From the NCBI RefSeq assembly GCF_000006765.1, contig NC_002516.2: 64,000 nt of DNA; one strand, 5' to 3'. The notes under the pieces are model-generated. The model was given only the letters and a program-made list of their open reading frames with translations, was not told the DNA's origin and did no database searches. Below, in pieces: positions 1 through 9,660 of the stretch. This stretch comes from Pseudomonas aeruginosa PAO1. Lineage in GTDB: Bacteria > Pseudomonadota > Gammaproteobacteria > Pseudomonadales > Pseudomonadaceae. The translations under genes and the position numbers were made by a program. Within the stretch, counting starts at the first letter, position 1. Every line of letters starts with the position of its first letter.

Positions 1-494
1 TGACCGCGCCTACCGCCGCCTCCTACCTGCGCCTGAAACCCCACCACTGGAGCGCCGCCTACGCCTGCCTGGGACTGCGCAACCGCGAAGCGGCGCTGCG
101 CATCTGCCCGGTGGTGAGCGTCGGCGGCAAGCCGCTGGGCAAGCAGTACAACCTGGAATTCCGGCCGATGGACGCCACCACCTGTCCGCACCTGGCGATG
201 GCCGCGGTGCTGATCGCCGGCCGCCTGGGCATCGAACGACGCCTGCCGCTGCGCGCCCTGGCCGATGTCGATCCGCACGGCCTCAGCGACGAAGAGCGCC
301 AGGCCCGCGGCATCCAGGCCCTGCCGGCGACCCTCGGCGATGCGCTCGACTGCCTGCAACGCGACGAGGCGCTCTGTGCCGAGCTGCCAAAGCCGCTGCT
401 GGACACCTACCTCGCCATGAAGCGCCACGAACTGGCGCTGACGGCGGGCCTTTCCGACGACGACCTGTGCCGCCACTATGCCGAGCTCTACTGA
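1..494 (+). CDS. pauA7: Glutamine-synthetase-like gamma-glutamyl ligase, 3' part only (PA5508 ortholog); start lies upstream of the window
   Basis: Frame 3 is open from the window edge (TAPTAASYLRLKPHHWSAAYACLGLRNREAALRI) and continues into NLEFRPMDATTCPHLA, a GS C-terminal catalytic region. Stop TGA at 492-494. Symbol from recalled synteny. Confidence 0.8.
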   Translation, partial: TAPTAASYLRLKPHHWSAAYACLGLRNREAALRICPVVSVGGKPLGKQYNLEFRPMDATTCPHLAMAAVLIAGRLGIERRLPLRALADVDPHGLSDEERQARGIQALPATLGDALDCLQRDEALCAELPKPLLDTYLAMKRHELALTAGLSDDDLCRHYAELY

Positions 495-1230
495 CAACCC
501 CGAACTCGGCATCTACCAGCTGCCGCCCTACCACCTGCTCAATCCCCAAGGGCGCAGCCCGGTGGTCCTGGTCTGCGAGCATGCCAGCCGGCACATTCCG
601 CTGGAGTTGCAGCGCCTCGGCCTGGACCAGGCCGCGGCGGAAGAACACATCGCCTGGGATATCGGCGCCCTGGCGCTGGCCGAAGAGCTTTCCCGGCGAC
701 TCGACGCGCCATTGCTGGCGGCCGGCTACTCGCGTCTGCTGATCGACCTGAACCGACCGCTGGAGGCCCCCGACAGCATTCCGCCACACAGCGAGGTCTA
801 CCCCGTTCCCGGCAACCGCGAGCTGTCCGAGACGGTGCGCCGCTATCGCCAGGATTGCCTGTTCCATCCGTTCCACCAGCGCCTGACGCAACTGCTCGAC
901 GAGCGCCAGGCCGCCGGCGTGCCGACCCGTGTGGTCGGCGTGCACAGTTTTACCCCGGTGTACCACGGCAGACCCCGCCCGCTGGTTGCCGGGGTGCTTT
1001 ATCGCAACGCCGGCGCCTACGCCAGGCGCATCCTCGACGGTTTGCGCCGGCACGGCCTGGAAGTCGCCGGCAACCAGCCCTATGCGATCGACCCGGCGGA
1101 AGACACTACCGTTCCGGTGCATGGCGACGCACGCGGTCTGGAAGCGGTGCTGCTGGAGATCCGCAACGATGGATTGCGCACGCCGGATGCGGTGTACGCC
1201 TGGGCCGAGCGTCTGTATCCCTGGCTCTGA
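478..1230 (+). CDS. N-formylglutamate amidohydrolase family protein (PA5509 ortholog)
   Basis: Motifs LVCEHAS, HIAWDIGA, SRLLIDLNR, VHSFTP and LLEIRND. Overlaps the upstream stop codon. Confidence 0.85.
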   Translation: MPSSTDNPELGIYQLPPYHLLNPQGRSPVVLVCEHASRHIPLELQRLGLDQAAAEEHIAWDIGALALAEELSRRLDAPLLAAGYSRLLIDLNRPLEAPDSIPPHSEVYPVPGNRELSETVRRYRQDCLFHPFHQRLTQLLDERQAAGVPTRVVGVHSFTPVYHGRPRPLVAGVLYRNAGAYARRILDGLRRHGLEVAGNQPYAIDPAEDTTVPVHGDARGLEAVLLEIRNDGLRTPDAVYAWAERLYPWL

Positions 1231-1331
1231 TGCGATGACCGGCACCGCCGGTCGCCAATAACGAGAAAGAGGCCCGCTTCGCGTGCGGCGCCGATAACGA
1301 CAATACGCTGCCTTTTCCCGAGGAGCCCGTC

Positions 1332-2681
1332 ATGGCCATCGAACAGTTCGGATACCGGCAACAGCTGCGCCGCAGCCTGTCCCTGAGCGACCTGATCATC
1401 TACGGGATGATCTTCATGATCCCCATCGCCCCGTTCGGGGTCTACGGCTGGGTCCATGCCGATGCCCACGGCATGGTGCCGATGGCCTACCTGGTGGGCA
1501 TGCTGGCGATGCTCTTCACCGCCCTCAGCTACGGAGCCATGGCCAAGGCCTTTCCGATTGCCGGCTCGGTGTATTCCTACGCCCAGCGCGGCATCCACCC
1601 CCATGTCGGCTTCATCGCCGGCTGGGTGCTGCTGCTCGACTACCTGCTGATCCCGCCGCTGCTCTACGTGTTCAGCGCGCTGGCGCTGAACCACTTGTTC
1701 CCGGCGATCCCCAAGCTGGCCTGGATGCTGCTGTTCCTGGTCTCGGCGACCCTGGTCAACCTGCGCGGCATCACCTTCGCCGCCCGCGCCAACCTGTTGT
1801 TCCTGATCGGAGAGCTGGTGGTGCTGGCGATCTTCCTGGTGGTCGGCTACCAGGCGCTGGAAGGCGGCCTGGGCAACGGCCGGCTGACCCTCGAACCGCT
1901 GTATCGCCCGGAAGCCTTCGATCTCGGCCTGGTAATGAAGGCCGCCTCGATCGCCGTACTGTCGTTCCTCGGCTTCGACGCCATCTCCACCCTCGCCGAG
2001 GAGGTCAAGGGCGATCCCGCCCGGCAGATCGGCCGCGCCGCGCTGATCGCGCTGTTCATCATGGGCGGCATCTTCATCGCGCAGACCTGGCTGGCCACCG
2101 ACCTCGCCGCCGGGATGAACTTCAAGTCGGCGGACACCGCCTTCTACGAGATCGCCGAAGCGGCCGGTGGCCAGTGGCTGTCGATGCTGACCGCGGTAGC
2201 CACCGCGCTGGCCTGGGGTGTCACGGTGTCGATCACCTCGCAGGCAGCGGTCTCGCGCCTGCTCTACTCGATGGCCCGCGACGGCAGACTGCCGCGCGCG
2301 CTGGCCAGGGTCCATCCGCGCTACCAGACGCCGCACGTCAGCCTGTACCTGGTGGCGGTGCTGTCGCTGGGAATCGGCTGGGCCTTCCTCGACGCACCGG
2401 ACGTGCTCACCTCACTGGTGAACTTCGGTGCCCTCACCGGCTTCTGCCTGCTGCACCTGAGCGTGATCAACCACTACTACCGCCGCCAGCGCTCCGGCCA
2501 GTGGTTGCGGCATCTACTGTTCCCGCTGGTGGGCCTGGCGATCATCGCCTACGTGCTGTACAGCATGAGCCTCGACGCACAGTTGCTCGGACTGGCCTGG
2601 ATCGCGGTGGGGCTGGTCTACCTGGCGTTGCTGCAACGCGGCGGGCGCCAGGCGCCAACGGAGTTGGCGAAGGATCTCTGA
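1332..2681 (+). CDS. APC-family amino acid/amine permease (PA5510 ortholog)
   Basis: 449 aa with about 12 hydrophobic segments. APC motifs AGSVYSY and FLGFDAISTLAEE. RBS AGGAG upstream. Confidence 0.9.
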   Translation: MAIEQFGYRQQLRRSLSLSDLIIYGMIFMIPIAPFGVYGWVHADAHGMVPMAYLVGMLAMLFTALSYGAMAKAFPIAGSVYSYAQRGIHPHVGFIAGWVLLLDYLLIPPLLYVFSALALNHLFPAIPKLAWMLLFLVSATLVNLRGITFAARANLLFLIGELVVLAIFLVVGYQALEGGLGNGRLTLEPLYRPEAFDLGLVMKAASIAVLSFLGFDAISTLAEEVKGDPARQIGRAALIALFIMGGIFIAQTWLATDLAAGMNFKSADTAFYEIAEAAGGQWLSMLTAVATALAWGVTVSITSQAAVSRLLYSMARDGRLPRALARVHPRYQTPHVSLYLVAVLSLGIGWAFLDAPDVLTSLVNFGALTGFCLLHLSVINHYYRRQRSGQWLRHLLFPLVGLAIIAYVLYSMSLDAQLLGLAWIAVGLVYLALLQRGGRQAPTELAKDL

Positions 2682-2699
2682 CGCCTCGCGAGGGCTGCT

Positions 2700-4043
2700 T
2701 CAGGCCGGCTCTTCGCCGACGAAATCGCTGCGGCTGAGGCCATGCCGCAGCATCTTTTCGTTGAGTGTCCGGCGCGGCAGTTGCAGCAACTCCATCACCG
2801 CCTTGATATCCCCGCGGCACTGGCCGAGCGCCTGGCGCAGGCACTCCGCCTCGAAGGCTTCCATGCGTTCCGCCAGCCCCGAGGTGAGGCCGCCGCCTTC
2901 CTCCGCGTCCCCACGCTCCAGGCCGAGGACATGGCGCTCGGCGGCGTTGGCCAGCTCGCGTACATTGCCCGGCCAGTCGTGGGCCATCAGCCGCGCCAGT
3001 TCCGCCGGCGCGGCGGGCTGCGGCTCGCGGCCGAGGCGCTGGCTGGCAACGCTGGCGAAATGTTCGAAGAGCAGCGGGATGTCCTCGCGACGCTCGCGGA
3101 TCGGCGGCAGGCGCAGCTCGGCGACGTTCAGGCGATACACCAGGTCCTCGCGGAAGCGTCCGGCACGTGCTTCGGCCAGCAGGTCGGGCTTGGTCGCGGC
3201 AATCACCCGCAGGTCGACGTGGATACTCTGGTTCGAGCCAAGCCGCTCCAGTTGCTGCTCCTGCAGGACGCGCAGCAGCTTGACCTGCTGCGCCAACGGC
3301 ATGCTTTCGATCTCGTCGAGGAACAGGGTGCCGCCATGGGCATGCTCGAGCTTGCCGATGCGCTTGCCCTGCGCGCCGGTGAACGCACCGCTCTCATGAC
3401 CGAACAGCTCGCTCTCGAACAATTGCTCGGGAATCGCCGCGCAGTTCAGCGCCACGAACGGCTTGTCGGCGCGCGGCCCGAAGTCGTGCAGGCAGCGGGC
3501 AACCAGTTCCTTGCCGCTGCCGGTCTCGCCACGGATCAGGACGTTCACCGGGGTCGGCGCCAGGGCCAGAACCTGCCGGCGCAACGCTTCCATCGGCTTG
3601 GACACGCCGAGCAGACGCGCATCGACCTGGTCCTTGAGACTGGCCTGCTCCTTCAGGCGCCGGTTCTCCAGCACCAGGCGGCGCTTTTCCAGCGCGCGCC
3701 GCAAACTGCCGAGCAGGCGCTCGGGCGTGAAGGGTTTCTCGATGAAGTCGTAGGCACCCTGGCGCATGGCCTCCACCGCCATCGGCACGTCGCCGTGCCC
3801 GGTGACCATGATCACCGGCAGGTCGCGATCGACCGCCTGCAGGTTGGCGAGCAGTTGCAGGCCGTCCATGCCGGGCATGCGCACATCGCTGATGACCACC
3901 CCGGCGAAGGACTTGTCCAACGCTCCCAGGCATTCCTCGGCGCGCAGGCACAGGCGCACCTCGAAGCCGGACAGCTCCAGCCATTGCTGCACCGCTTCGC
4001 GGATCGTCGCTTCGTCGTCGACGAAGATCACCTGGTCGCTCAT
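2700..4043 (-). CDS. mifR: Sigma-54-dependent response regulator MifR (DctD/NtrC family)
   Basis: N-terminal receiver domain, GETGSGKE Walker [16 protein letters not shown]-terminal Fis-type HTH. Confidence 0.9.
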   Translation of the reverse strand: MSDQVIFVDDEATIREAVQQWLELSGFEVRLCLRAEECLGALDKSFAGVVISDVRMPGMDGLQLLANLQAVDRDLPVIMVTGHGDVPMAVEAMRQGAYDFIEKPFTPERLLGSLRRALEKRRLVLENRRLKEQASLKDQVDARLLGVSKPMEALRRQVLALAPTPVNVLIRGETGSGKELVARCLHDFGPRADKPFVALNCAAIPEQLFESELFGHESGAFTGAQGKRIGKLEHAHGGTLFLDEIESMPLAQQVKLLRVLQEQQLERLGSNQSIHVDLRVIAATKPDLLAEARAGRFREDLVYRLNVAELRLPPIRERREDIPLLFEHFASVASQRLGREPQPAAPAELARLMAHDWPGNVRELANAAERHVLGLERGDAEEGGGLTSGLAERMEAFEAECLRQALGQCRGDIKAVMELLQLPRRTLNEKMLRHGLSRSDFVGEEPA

Positions 4044-5806
4044 GTCGTTACGCTCGTGTCATCGGGGGCCGCCGGCAGGATCAGGCTGAACACCGCTCCC
4101 GCCTCGGCATTGGCGACCTGCAGGCGGCCGCCGAGTTCGTGGACGATCCCATAGGATACCGCCAGGCCGAGGCCGAGTCCCTCTCCCACCGGCTTGGTGG
4201 TGAAGAACGGATCGAAGACGCTGCCCAGGTGCTCGGCGGGAATCCCGCCGCCGTTGTCGGCGACGCTCAGCACCCAGTCGCCGCCAAGCCGTTGCAGGGC
4301 CAGGCGGATCCATGGCCGCTCCTGGCCGGCAACGGCATCCAGCGCGTTGCGCAGCAGGTTGACCAGCACCTGTTCCAGGCGGATCGCGTCACCCATCACC
4401 CAGGCCGGCCAGAGCAGCGCCTGCTCGATCTCCACCCGTTCGGCGCGGATTCGCGGCAGCAACAACTGCTGCGCCTGTTCGACCACGTGACCCAACTCGA
4501 TACGCTCGCGCAGGCCGCCGGCGCTCTTGCGCGCGAAGGTCTTCAGGTGGCCGGTGAGCGCGGCCATGCGTTCGAGCATCTGGTCGATGCGCGGCAACGC
4601 CTGGCGCGCCTCGTCGTGGCGTCCGGCGTCGAGCAGCAGGCGCAGGCTGGCCAGTTGCATGCGCTGGGCGGTGAGCGGCTGGTTGATCTCATGGGCCAGG
4701 GCTGCCGACATCTGCCCCAGGGCGGCCAGCTTGGCCGCCTGCACCAGGCCGTCCTGCGCGGTACGCAGGTCGGCGGTGCGCTGCTCGACCAGGCGCTCCA
4801 GCTCCTCCCGGCTACGTTGCCGCAGGCGGGCGATACGCCAGCGCTGGTGCAGGAACAAGCCGAGGAAGACCAGCGCCAGCCAGGTGCCGGCGGCGGCCAG
4901 GCGCGCGGTGGCGACGTCGTCCTGGATGCTCGCGGTGTCGCGCAGCAAGTGGAGGGTCCAGCCGTCGTTGGGCAGGTCCAGCGATTGCCAGAGGTAGTCC
5001 TTCTCGCCGTCGGCGCTTTCCACCCGCGCCAGACGGCGGTCTTCGCCGTAGCTGCGCAAGGTCTGGTGGCGCAGGGGTGTCAGGGGCTGGCGATCGTATT
5101 GCCGGGTCTCCGCCAGTTCGAAGCGGTCCACGGTATCCAGCGGTTCCAGTTCGCGGTAGCGCCAACCGGCGTGGTTGGCGAGGAACACGATGCCCTTGGC
5201 GTCGCTGGCCAGGACCAGGTCGGGGGTCTGGTTCCACTGCCGTTCCAGATCGGGAAACTCCAGCTTGACCACGATTGCGCCCAGGAAGCTGCCGTCCTCG
5301 GCGCGCACCGCGTGGGACAGGAAATAACCGGGAATCCCGCTGATCACCCCGACCGCATAGAAACGTCCGGAGCCTTGGGCGATGGTCTGGCGGAAATAGG
5401 GACGGAAACCGTAGTTGTGGCCCACGTAGCTGGTCGGCAGGTTCCAGTTGCTCGCCGCCACGGCCAGCCCGGTACGGTCGAGCAGCTCCAGGGTGGAGGA
5501 GCGGGCGGCCAGGTTGATGCTTTCCAGCTTGAGGTTGAGGCGCTGCTGCAACTCGCCGTCGATCGGCCCGGCCAGCGCCGCGCGCAGGTCCGGATCCAGC
5601 GCCAGTACCGCCGGCAGGCTGCGGAAGCGTTCGATCAGGGTCTGCAGCGAGCCGGCGTAGAGGTCCAGCTGCTTGCGCACCTGTTCGCCCTCGGCGCGTA
5701 GCGCCTGCTGCCGCGCCTGGCGACCCGCCCAGTCCATGGACAGCAGCAGGCCGCCGAGCAGCGGCAGCAACAGCAGGAACAGGCGCAGCGGACGGGACAA
5801 GGACAT
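4040..5806 (-). CDS. mifS: Sensor histidine kinase MifS (DctB family)
   Basis: Two TM segments flanking a periplasmic Cache region, [10 protein letters not shown]-box, DNGGG and PFFTTK G-boxes. Overlaps mifR by 4 nt. Confidence 0.9.
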   Translation of the reverse strand: MSLSRPLRLFLLLLPLLGGLLLSMDWAGRQARQQALRAEGEQVRKQLDLYAGSLQTLIERFRSLPAVLALDPDLRAALAGPIDGELQQRLNLKLESINLAARSSTLELLDRTGLAVAASNWNLPTSYVGHNYGFRPYFRQTIAQGSGRFYAVGVISGIPGYFLSHAVRAEDGSFLGAIVVKLEFPDLERQWNQTPDLVLASDAKGIVFLANHAGWRYRELEPLDTVDRFELAETRQYDRQPLTPLRHQTLRSYGEDRRLARVESADGEKDYLWQSLDLPNDGWTLHLLRDTASIQDDVATARLAAAGTWLALVFLGLFLHQRWRIARLRQRSREELERLVEQRTADLRTAQDGLVQAAKLAALGQMSAALAHEINQPLTAQRMQLASLRLLLDAGRHDEARQALPRIDQMLERMAALTGHLKTFARKSAGGLRERIELGHVVEQAQQLLLPRIRAERVEIEQALLWPAWVMGDAIRLEQVLVNLLRNALDAVAGQERPWIRLALQRLGGDWVLSVADNGGGIPAEHLGSVFDPFFTTKPVGEGLGLGLAVSYGIVHELGGRLQVANAEAGAVFSLILPAAPDDTSVTT

Positions 5807-5887
5807 CGGCGGATCGAAACGGCGGCGGGAAGCGGCGACGATAGCACGGCGCCCGGTTACACTGCGCGCCGTACGAGGAGTCCGCCC

Positions 5888-6766
5888 ATGTCGCTATCCC
5901 CCTGGTTCCATTCCTGCTCGGCCGGTTTCACCCTGCGCGGCTGGCGCAGCGAACCGAGCGGCAAGCCGTTGCTGCATTTCCTCCATGGCAACGGCTTCTG
6001 CGGCCGCACCTACGAACCGATGCTGCGTCTGTTGGCGGAGGATTTCGACCTCTGGCTGTGCGACATCCAGGGCCACGGCGAAAGCGACCACGGCGGCCGC
6101 TTCCACGGCTGGAACCGCAACGCCGAGATGGCGGTGGAGGCCTTCGAGGCCGGGCGCGGTCCCTATGGAGATGTCCAGCGACTGGCCTGCGGGCACAGCT
6201 TCGGCGGCGTCCTCAGCAGCCTCGTCCTGGCCCGCCATCCCACCCTGTTCGCCCGCGCCGTGCTGCTCGACCCGGTACTGTTCACCCCGGCGATGATCGG
6301 CGTGATGGCACTTTCCGAGACCCTCGGCCTGCAATTGCGCGGCAGCCTGGCGAAGAAGGCGCGCCTGCGCCGCAGCCAGTGGCCCGATCGCGCAGCCGCC
6401 TACGCCGGCTTGCGCGGCCGCGGTATCTTCAAGGGCTGGACCGACGAGGCGCTGTGGGCCTACGTGGAATATGCGCTGAAGGAGAGCGACGGCGGAGTCG
6501 AGCTGAAGTGCCGGCCAAGCCGCGAAGCGGAGATCTTCAGCTCCTTCCCCAGGCGGCTGTGGCCGTCGCTGGGCAAGATCACCACGCCGACCCGCGTGCT
6601 CTACGGTGACCGCACCTACCCTTTCGTCGCCAAGTCAGTGGCGCGCTGGTGCTCGCTCAACCCCCAGGTCAGCGCCCACGTGGTGGTCGGCGGCCACTGC
6701 TTCATGCAGGAAGACCCGGCCGATGCCGCCGAACGCGTACGCGACTTTCTCCTGCCCAATCCATGA
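5888..6766 (+). CDS. poxA: Alpha/beta hydrolase PoxA
   Basis: HGNGF oxyanion motif, GHSFGG nucleophile elbow, C-terminal GGHCF. Directly upstream of the OXA gene. Confidence 0.8.
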   Translation: MSLSPWFHSCSAGFTLRGWRSEPSGKPLLHFLHGNGFCGRTYEPMLRLLAEDFDLWLCDIQGHGESDHGGRFHGWNRNAEMAVEAFEAGRGPYGDVQRLACGHSFGGVLSSLVLARHPTLFARAVLLDPVLFTPAMIGVMALSETLGLQLRGSLAKKARLRRSQWPDRAAAYAGLRGRGIFKGWTDEALWAYVEYALKESDGGVELKCRPSREAEIFSSFPRRLWPSLGKITTPTRVLYGDRTYPFVAKSVARWCSLNPQVSAHVVVGGHCFMQEDPADAAERVRDFLLPNP

Positions 6767-6836
6767 ACGCTCCTTCCGTGGGGAATCCGGCGCTCATCCA
6801 TCGGTCCCAGGGAGGATGACCCCACAGGACCGAGCC

Positions 6837-7625
6837 ATGCGCCCTCTCCTCTTCAGTGCCCTTCTCCTGCTTTCCGGGCATACCCAGGCCAGCGAATGGA
6901 ACGACAGCCAGGCCGTGGACAAGCTATTCGGCGCGGCCGGGGTGAAAGGCACCTTCGTCCTCTACGATGTGCAGCGGCAGCGCTATGTCGGCCATGACCG
7001 GGAGCGCGCGGAAACCCGCTTCGTTCCCGCTTCCACCTACAAGGTGGCGAACAGCCTGATCGGCTTATCCACAGGGGCGGTTAGATCCGCCGACGAGGTT
7101 CTTCCCTATGGCGGCAAGCCCCAGCGCTTCAAGGCCTGGGAGCACGACATGAGCCTGCGCGACGCGATCAAGGCATCGAACGTACCGGTCTACCAGGAAC
7201 TGGCGCGGCGCATCGGCCTGGAGCGGATGCGCGCCAATGTCTCGCGCCTGGGTTACGGCAACGCGGAAATCGGCCAGGTTGTGGATAACTTCTGGTTGGT
7301 GGGACCGCTGAAGATCAGCGCGATGGAACAGACCCGCTTTCTGCTCCGACTGGCGCAGGGAGAATTGCCATTCCCCGCCCCGGTGCAGTCCACCGTGCGC
7401 GCCATGACCCTGCTGGAAAGCGGCCCGGGCTGGGAGCTGCACGGCAAGACCGGCTGGTGCTTCGACTGCACGCCGGAACTCGGCTGGTGGGTGGGCTGGG
7501 TGAAGCGCAACGAGCGGCTCTACGGCTTCGCCCTGAACATCGACATGCCCGGCGGCGAGGCCGACATCGGCAAGCGCGTCGAACTGGGCAAGGCCAGTCT
7601 CAAGGCTCTCGGGATACTGCCCTGA
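6837..7625 (+). CDS. blaOXA-50: Chromosomal class D beta-lactamase, OXA-50 family (PoxB); allele not assigned
   Basis: 262 aa from ATG 6837 (MRPLLFSALLLL signal peptide). Class D motifs STYK, SNV, YGN and KTG. Confidence 0.95.
   Translation: MRPLLFSALLLLSGHTQASEWNDSQAVDKLFGAAGVKGTFVLYDVQRQRYVGHDRERAETRFVPASTYKVANSLIGLSTGAVRSADEVLPYGGKPQRFKAWEHDMSLRDAIKASNVPVYQELARRIGLERMRANVSRLGYGNAEIGQVVDNFWLVGPLKISAMEQTRFLLRLAQGELPFPAPVQSTVRAMTLLESGPGWELHGKTGWCFDCTPELGWWVGWVKRNERLYGFALNIDMPGGEADIGKRVELGKASLKALGILP
7065..7288. promoter_or_regulatory. Two exact DnaA boxes inside the OXA gene (7065 plus, 7280 minus)
   Basis: TTATCCACA at 7065-7073 and TGTGGATAA at 7280-7288. Confidence 0.75.
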
Positions 7626-7637
7626 CGCTCTGCCGCC

Positions 7638-8138
7638 TCAGTCGCCGACCTTTTTCTGCCGGGACTGCCGCCACTCGTCGAGGCGAATCACCTCGGCGCT
7701 ATGCACCGGCGGGTTGTCGACCTCGGCGGCCGCCTCGAAGCGATGCGGGGCCAATTCGATGGCGCCGAGGTGGTAGCCATACATGACGATGCGCCCGGCG
7801 TAGCGTTCCTCGCCGCTGACGGTGAATTCGAAACCGAACTCGCGGCTCAGCCGCCACTGACCACGGTGGTCACGGGCCAGGCGCAGGCGCCGGCGCGCGA
7901 CATTCTCGTCGAGCAGTTCCACGCCCTGCTTGGCGCAATGCCGCTTGGCCAGCAGCAACGCCCGCTCGCGCACGCCATGGGCGCGCCACCACCAGGCTGC
8001 GGCGGCGCCCAACAGGAGCATGACGAAAAGGTTACCCAGGGTCACGAGCGGAATCCGGTGTAGGGGGACGGCCAGCTTACCCGTTCTCCCGGCAGGCAGC
8101 GAGTGGGGGGTGTTTTCGCCATGTGAATTAGCCCCCAT
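7638..8138 (-). CDS. DUF3301-like membrane-anchored protein (PA5515 ortholog); the true start may be near 8045
   Basis: Hydrophobic N-terminal segment, then [10 protein letters not shown] and [13 protein letters not shown], as recalled for DUF3301. Confidence 0.65.
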
Positions 8139-8170
8139 ACTGCGCCGACTCAGCTGTAGGAAGTCGTCTC

Positions 8171-9037
8171 ATGCCACGTACGCCCCACCTGCTCGCCATC
8201 CAGTCCCATGTGGTCTTCGGCCACGCCGGCAATGCCGCGGCGGTGTTCCCGATGCAGCGCATCGGAATCAACGTCTGGCCGTTGAACACGGTGCAATTCT
8301 CCAACCACACCCAGTACGGTCGATGGACCGGGCAGGTGCTGCCGCCGGAGCAGATTCCGGCGCTGGTGGACGGTATTGCCGGCATCGGCGAACTGGGCAA
8401 CTGCGACGCGGTGCTGTCCGGCTATCTCGGCAGCGCCGCCCAGGGCCGCGCCATTCTCGATGTGGTGGCACGGATCAAACAGGCCAACCCTCGGGCGTTG
8501 TACCTCTGCGACCCGGTCATGGGCCACCCGGAAAAAGGCTGCATCGTGGCCCCGGAGGTCAGCGACTTCCTTCTGGAAGAAGCCGCCGCGGTCGCCGACT
8601 ACCTGTGCCCCAACCAGTTGGAGCTGGACAGCTTCTGCGACCGCCAGCCGAACTCCCTCGCCGACTGCGTGGAAATGGCACGGAGCCTGCTGGCACGCGG
8701 TCCCAGGGCAATCCTGGTAAAGCACCTGAACTATCCGGGCAAGGCCGGCGACACCTTCGAGATGCTGCTGGTGGCCGCCGATCAGGCCTGGCACCTGCAA
8801 CGCCCGCTGCTGGCCTTCCCGCGGCAACCGGTCGGAGTCGGCGACCTGGCCTCGGGGCTGTTCCTCTCTCGCCTGCTGCTCGGCGACGACCTGCGTAACG
8901 CCTTCGAATTCACCGGCGCCGCGGTCCATGAAGTGCTGCTGGAAACCCAGGCCTGCGGCAGCTACGAGCTGGAACTGGTGCGGGCGCAGGATCGGATCGC
9001 ACACCCAAGGGTTCGTTTCGACGCAGTGCGCCTTTAG
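8171..9037 (+). CDS. pdxY: Pyridoxal kinase PdxY
   Basis: [28 protein letters not shown] and PVGVGD motifs of PfkB-type pyridoxal kinases. Confidence 0.95.
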
Positions 9038-9074
9038 TCTCCGCCCCTGTGGGTGAAAATCATCCACAGGCGGC

Positions 9075-9659
9075 TCAAAGAACGTATTTCCCCAACATCA
9101 ACCCACCGACCACCATCACCGCCATCAGCACGAAAGCCATGCCCAGACGCCGCTCTATCAGGGTCTTCAGGCGTGGGCCAGCCCAGAACAGCAAAGCGCA
9201 GGTAGCGGCGAAGCGCAGGCTGCGGGCGACAAGGCTGAGGCCGACGAACAGCCAGAGGTCGAGCTGGGTCACTCCGCTGGTAATGGTGATCACCTTGTAC
9301 GGCAGCGGCGTGAAGCCGCCGCCCAGCAGCACCATCAGCCAGCCCAGTTCGTTGTAGCGTTCGGCGACCTGTTCGAAGTTCTCCAGCAAGCCGTAGAACG
9401 CCAGGATCGGCATGGCCACGCTCTCGAACAGCAGCAAGCCGATGAAATAGCCGGCGATGCCGCCCAGCACCGAGCTGATCGCGCAGATCGCCGCGTAGCG
9501 CCAGGCCTTGGCCCGGTTGGCCAGGACCATCGGCACCAGCAAGGCGTCCGGCGGAATCGGGAAGAACGAGCTTTCGGCAAAGGTCACCCCGCCCAGGGCC
9601 AGCTCCGCGCGGGGATGGCCGGCCAGGCGCAGGGTCCAGTCGTAGAGACGGCGCAACAT
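9075..9659 (-). CDS. YqaA/DedA-family membrane protein (PA5517 ortholog)
   Basis: Start MLRRLYDW. DedA motifs FAESSFFPIPPD and FTPLPYK. Confidence 0.85.
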   Translation of the reverse strand: MLRRLYDWTLRLAGHPRAELALGGVTFAESSFFPIPPDALLVPMVLANRAKAWRYAAICAISSVLGGIAGYFIGLLLFESVAMPILAFYGLLENFEQVAERYNELGWLMVLLGGGFTPLPYKVITITSGVTQLDLWLFVGLSLVARSLRFAATCALLFWAGPRLKTLIERRLGMAFVLMAVMVVGGLMLGKYVL

Positions 9660-9660
9660 G

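Noticed and set aside
6606-6836. N-terminal extensions in the ORF track (OXA from 6606, antiporters from 11508 and 19740, pyrQ from 32090, zigA from 29264 and others)
   Set aside because: Family homology, signal peptides and RBS positions begin at downstream starts, so I trimmed the coordinates.
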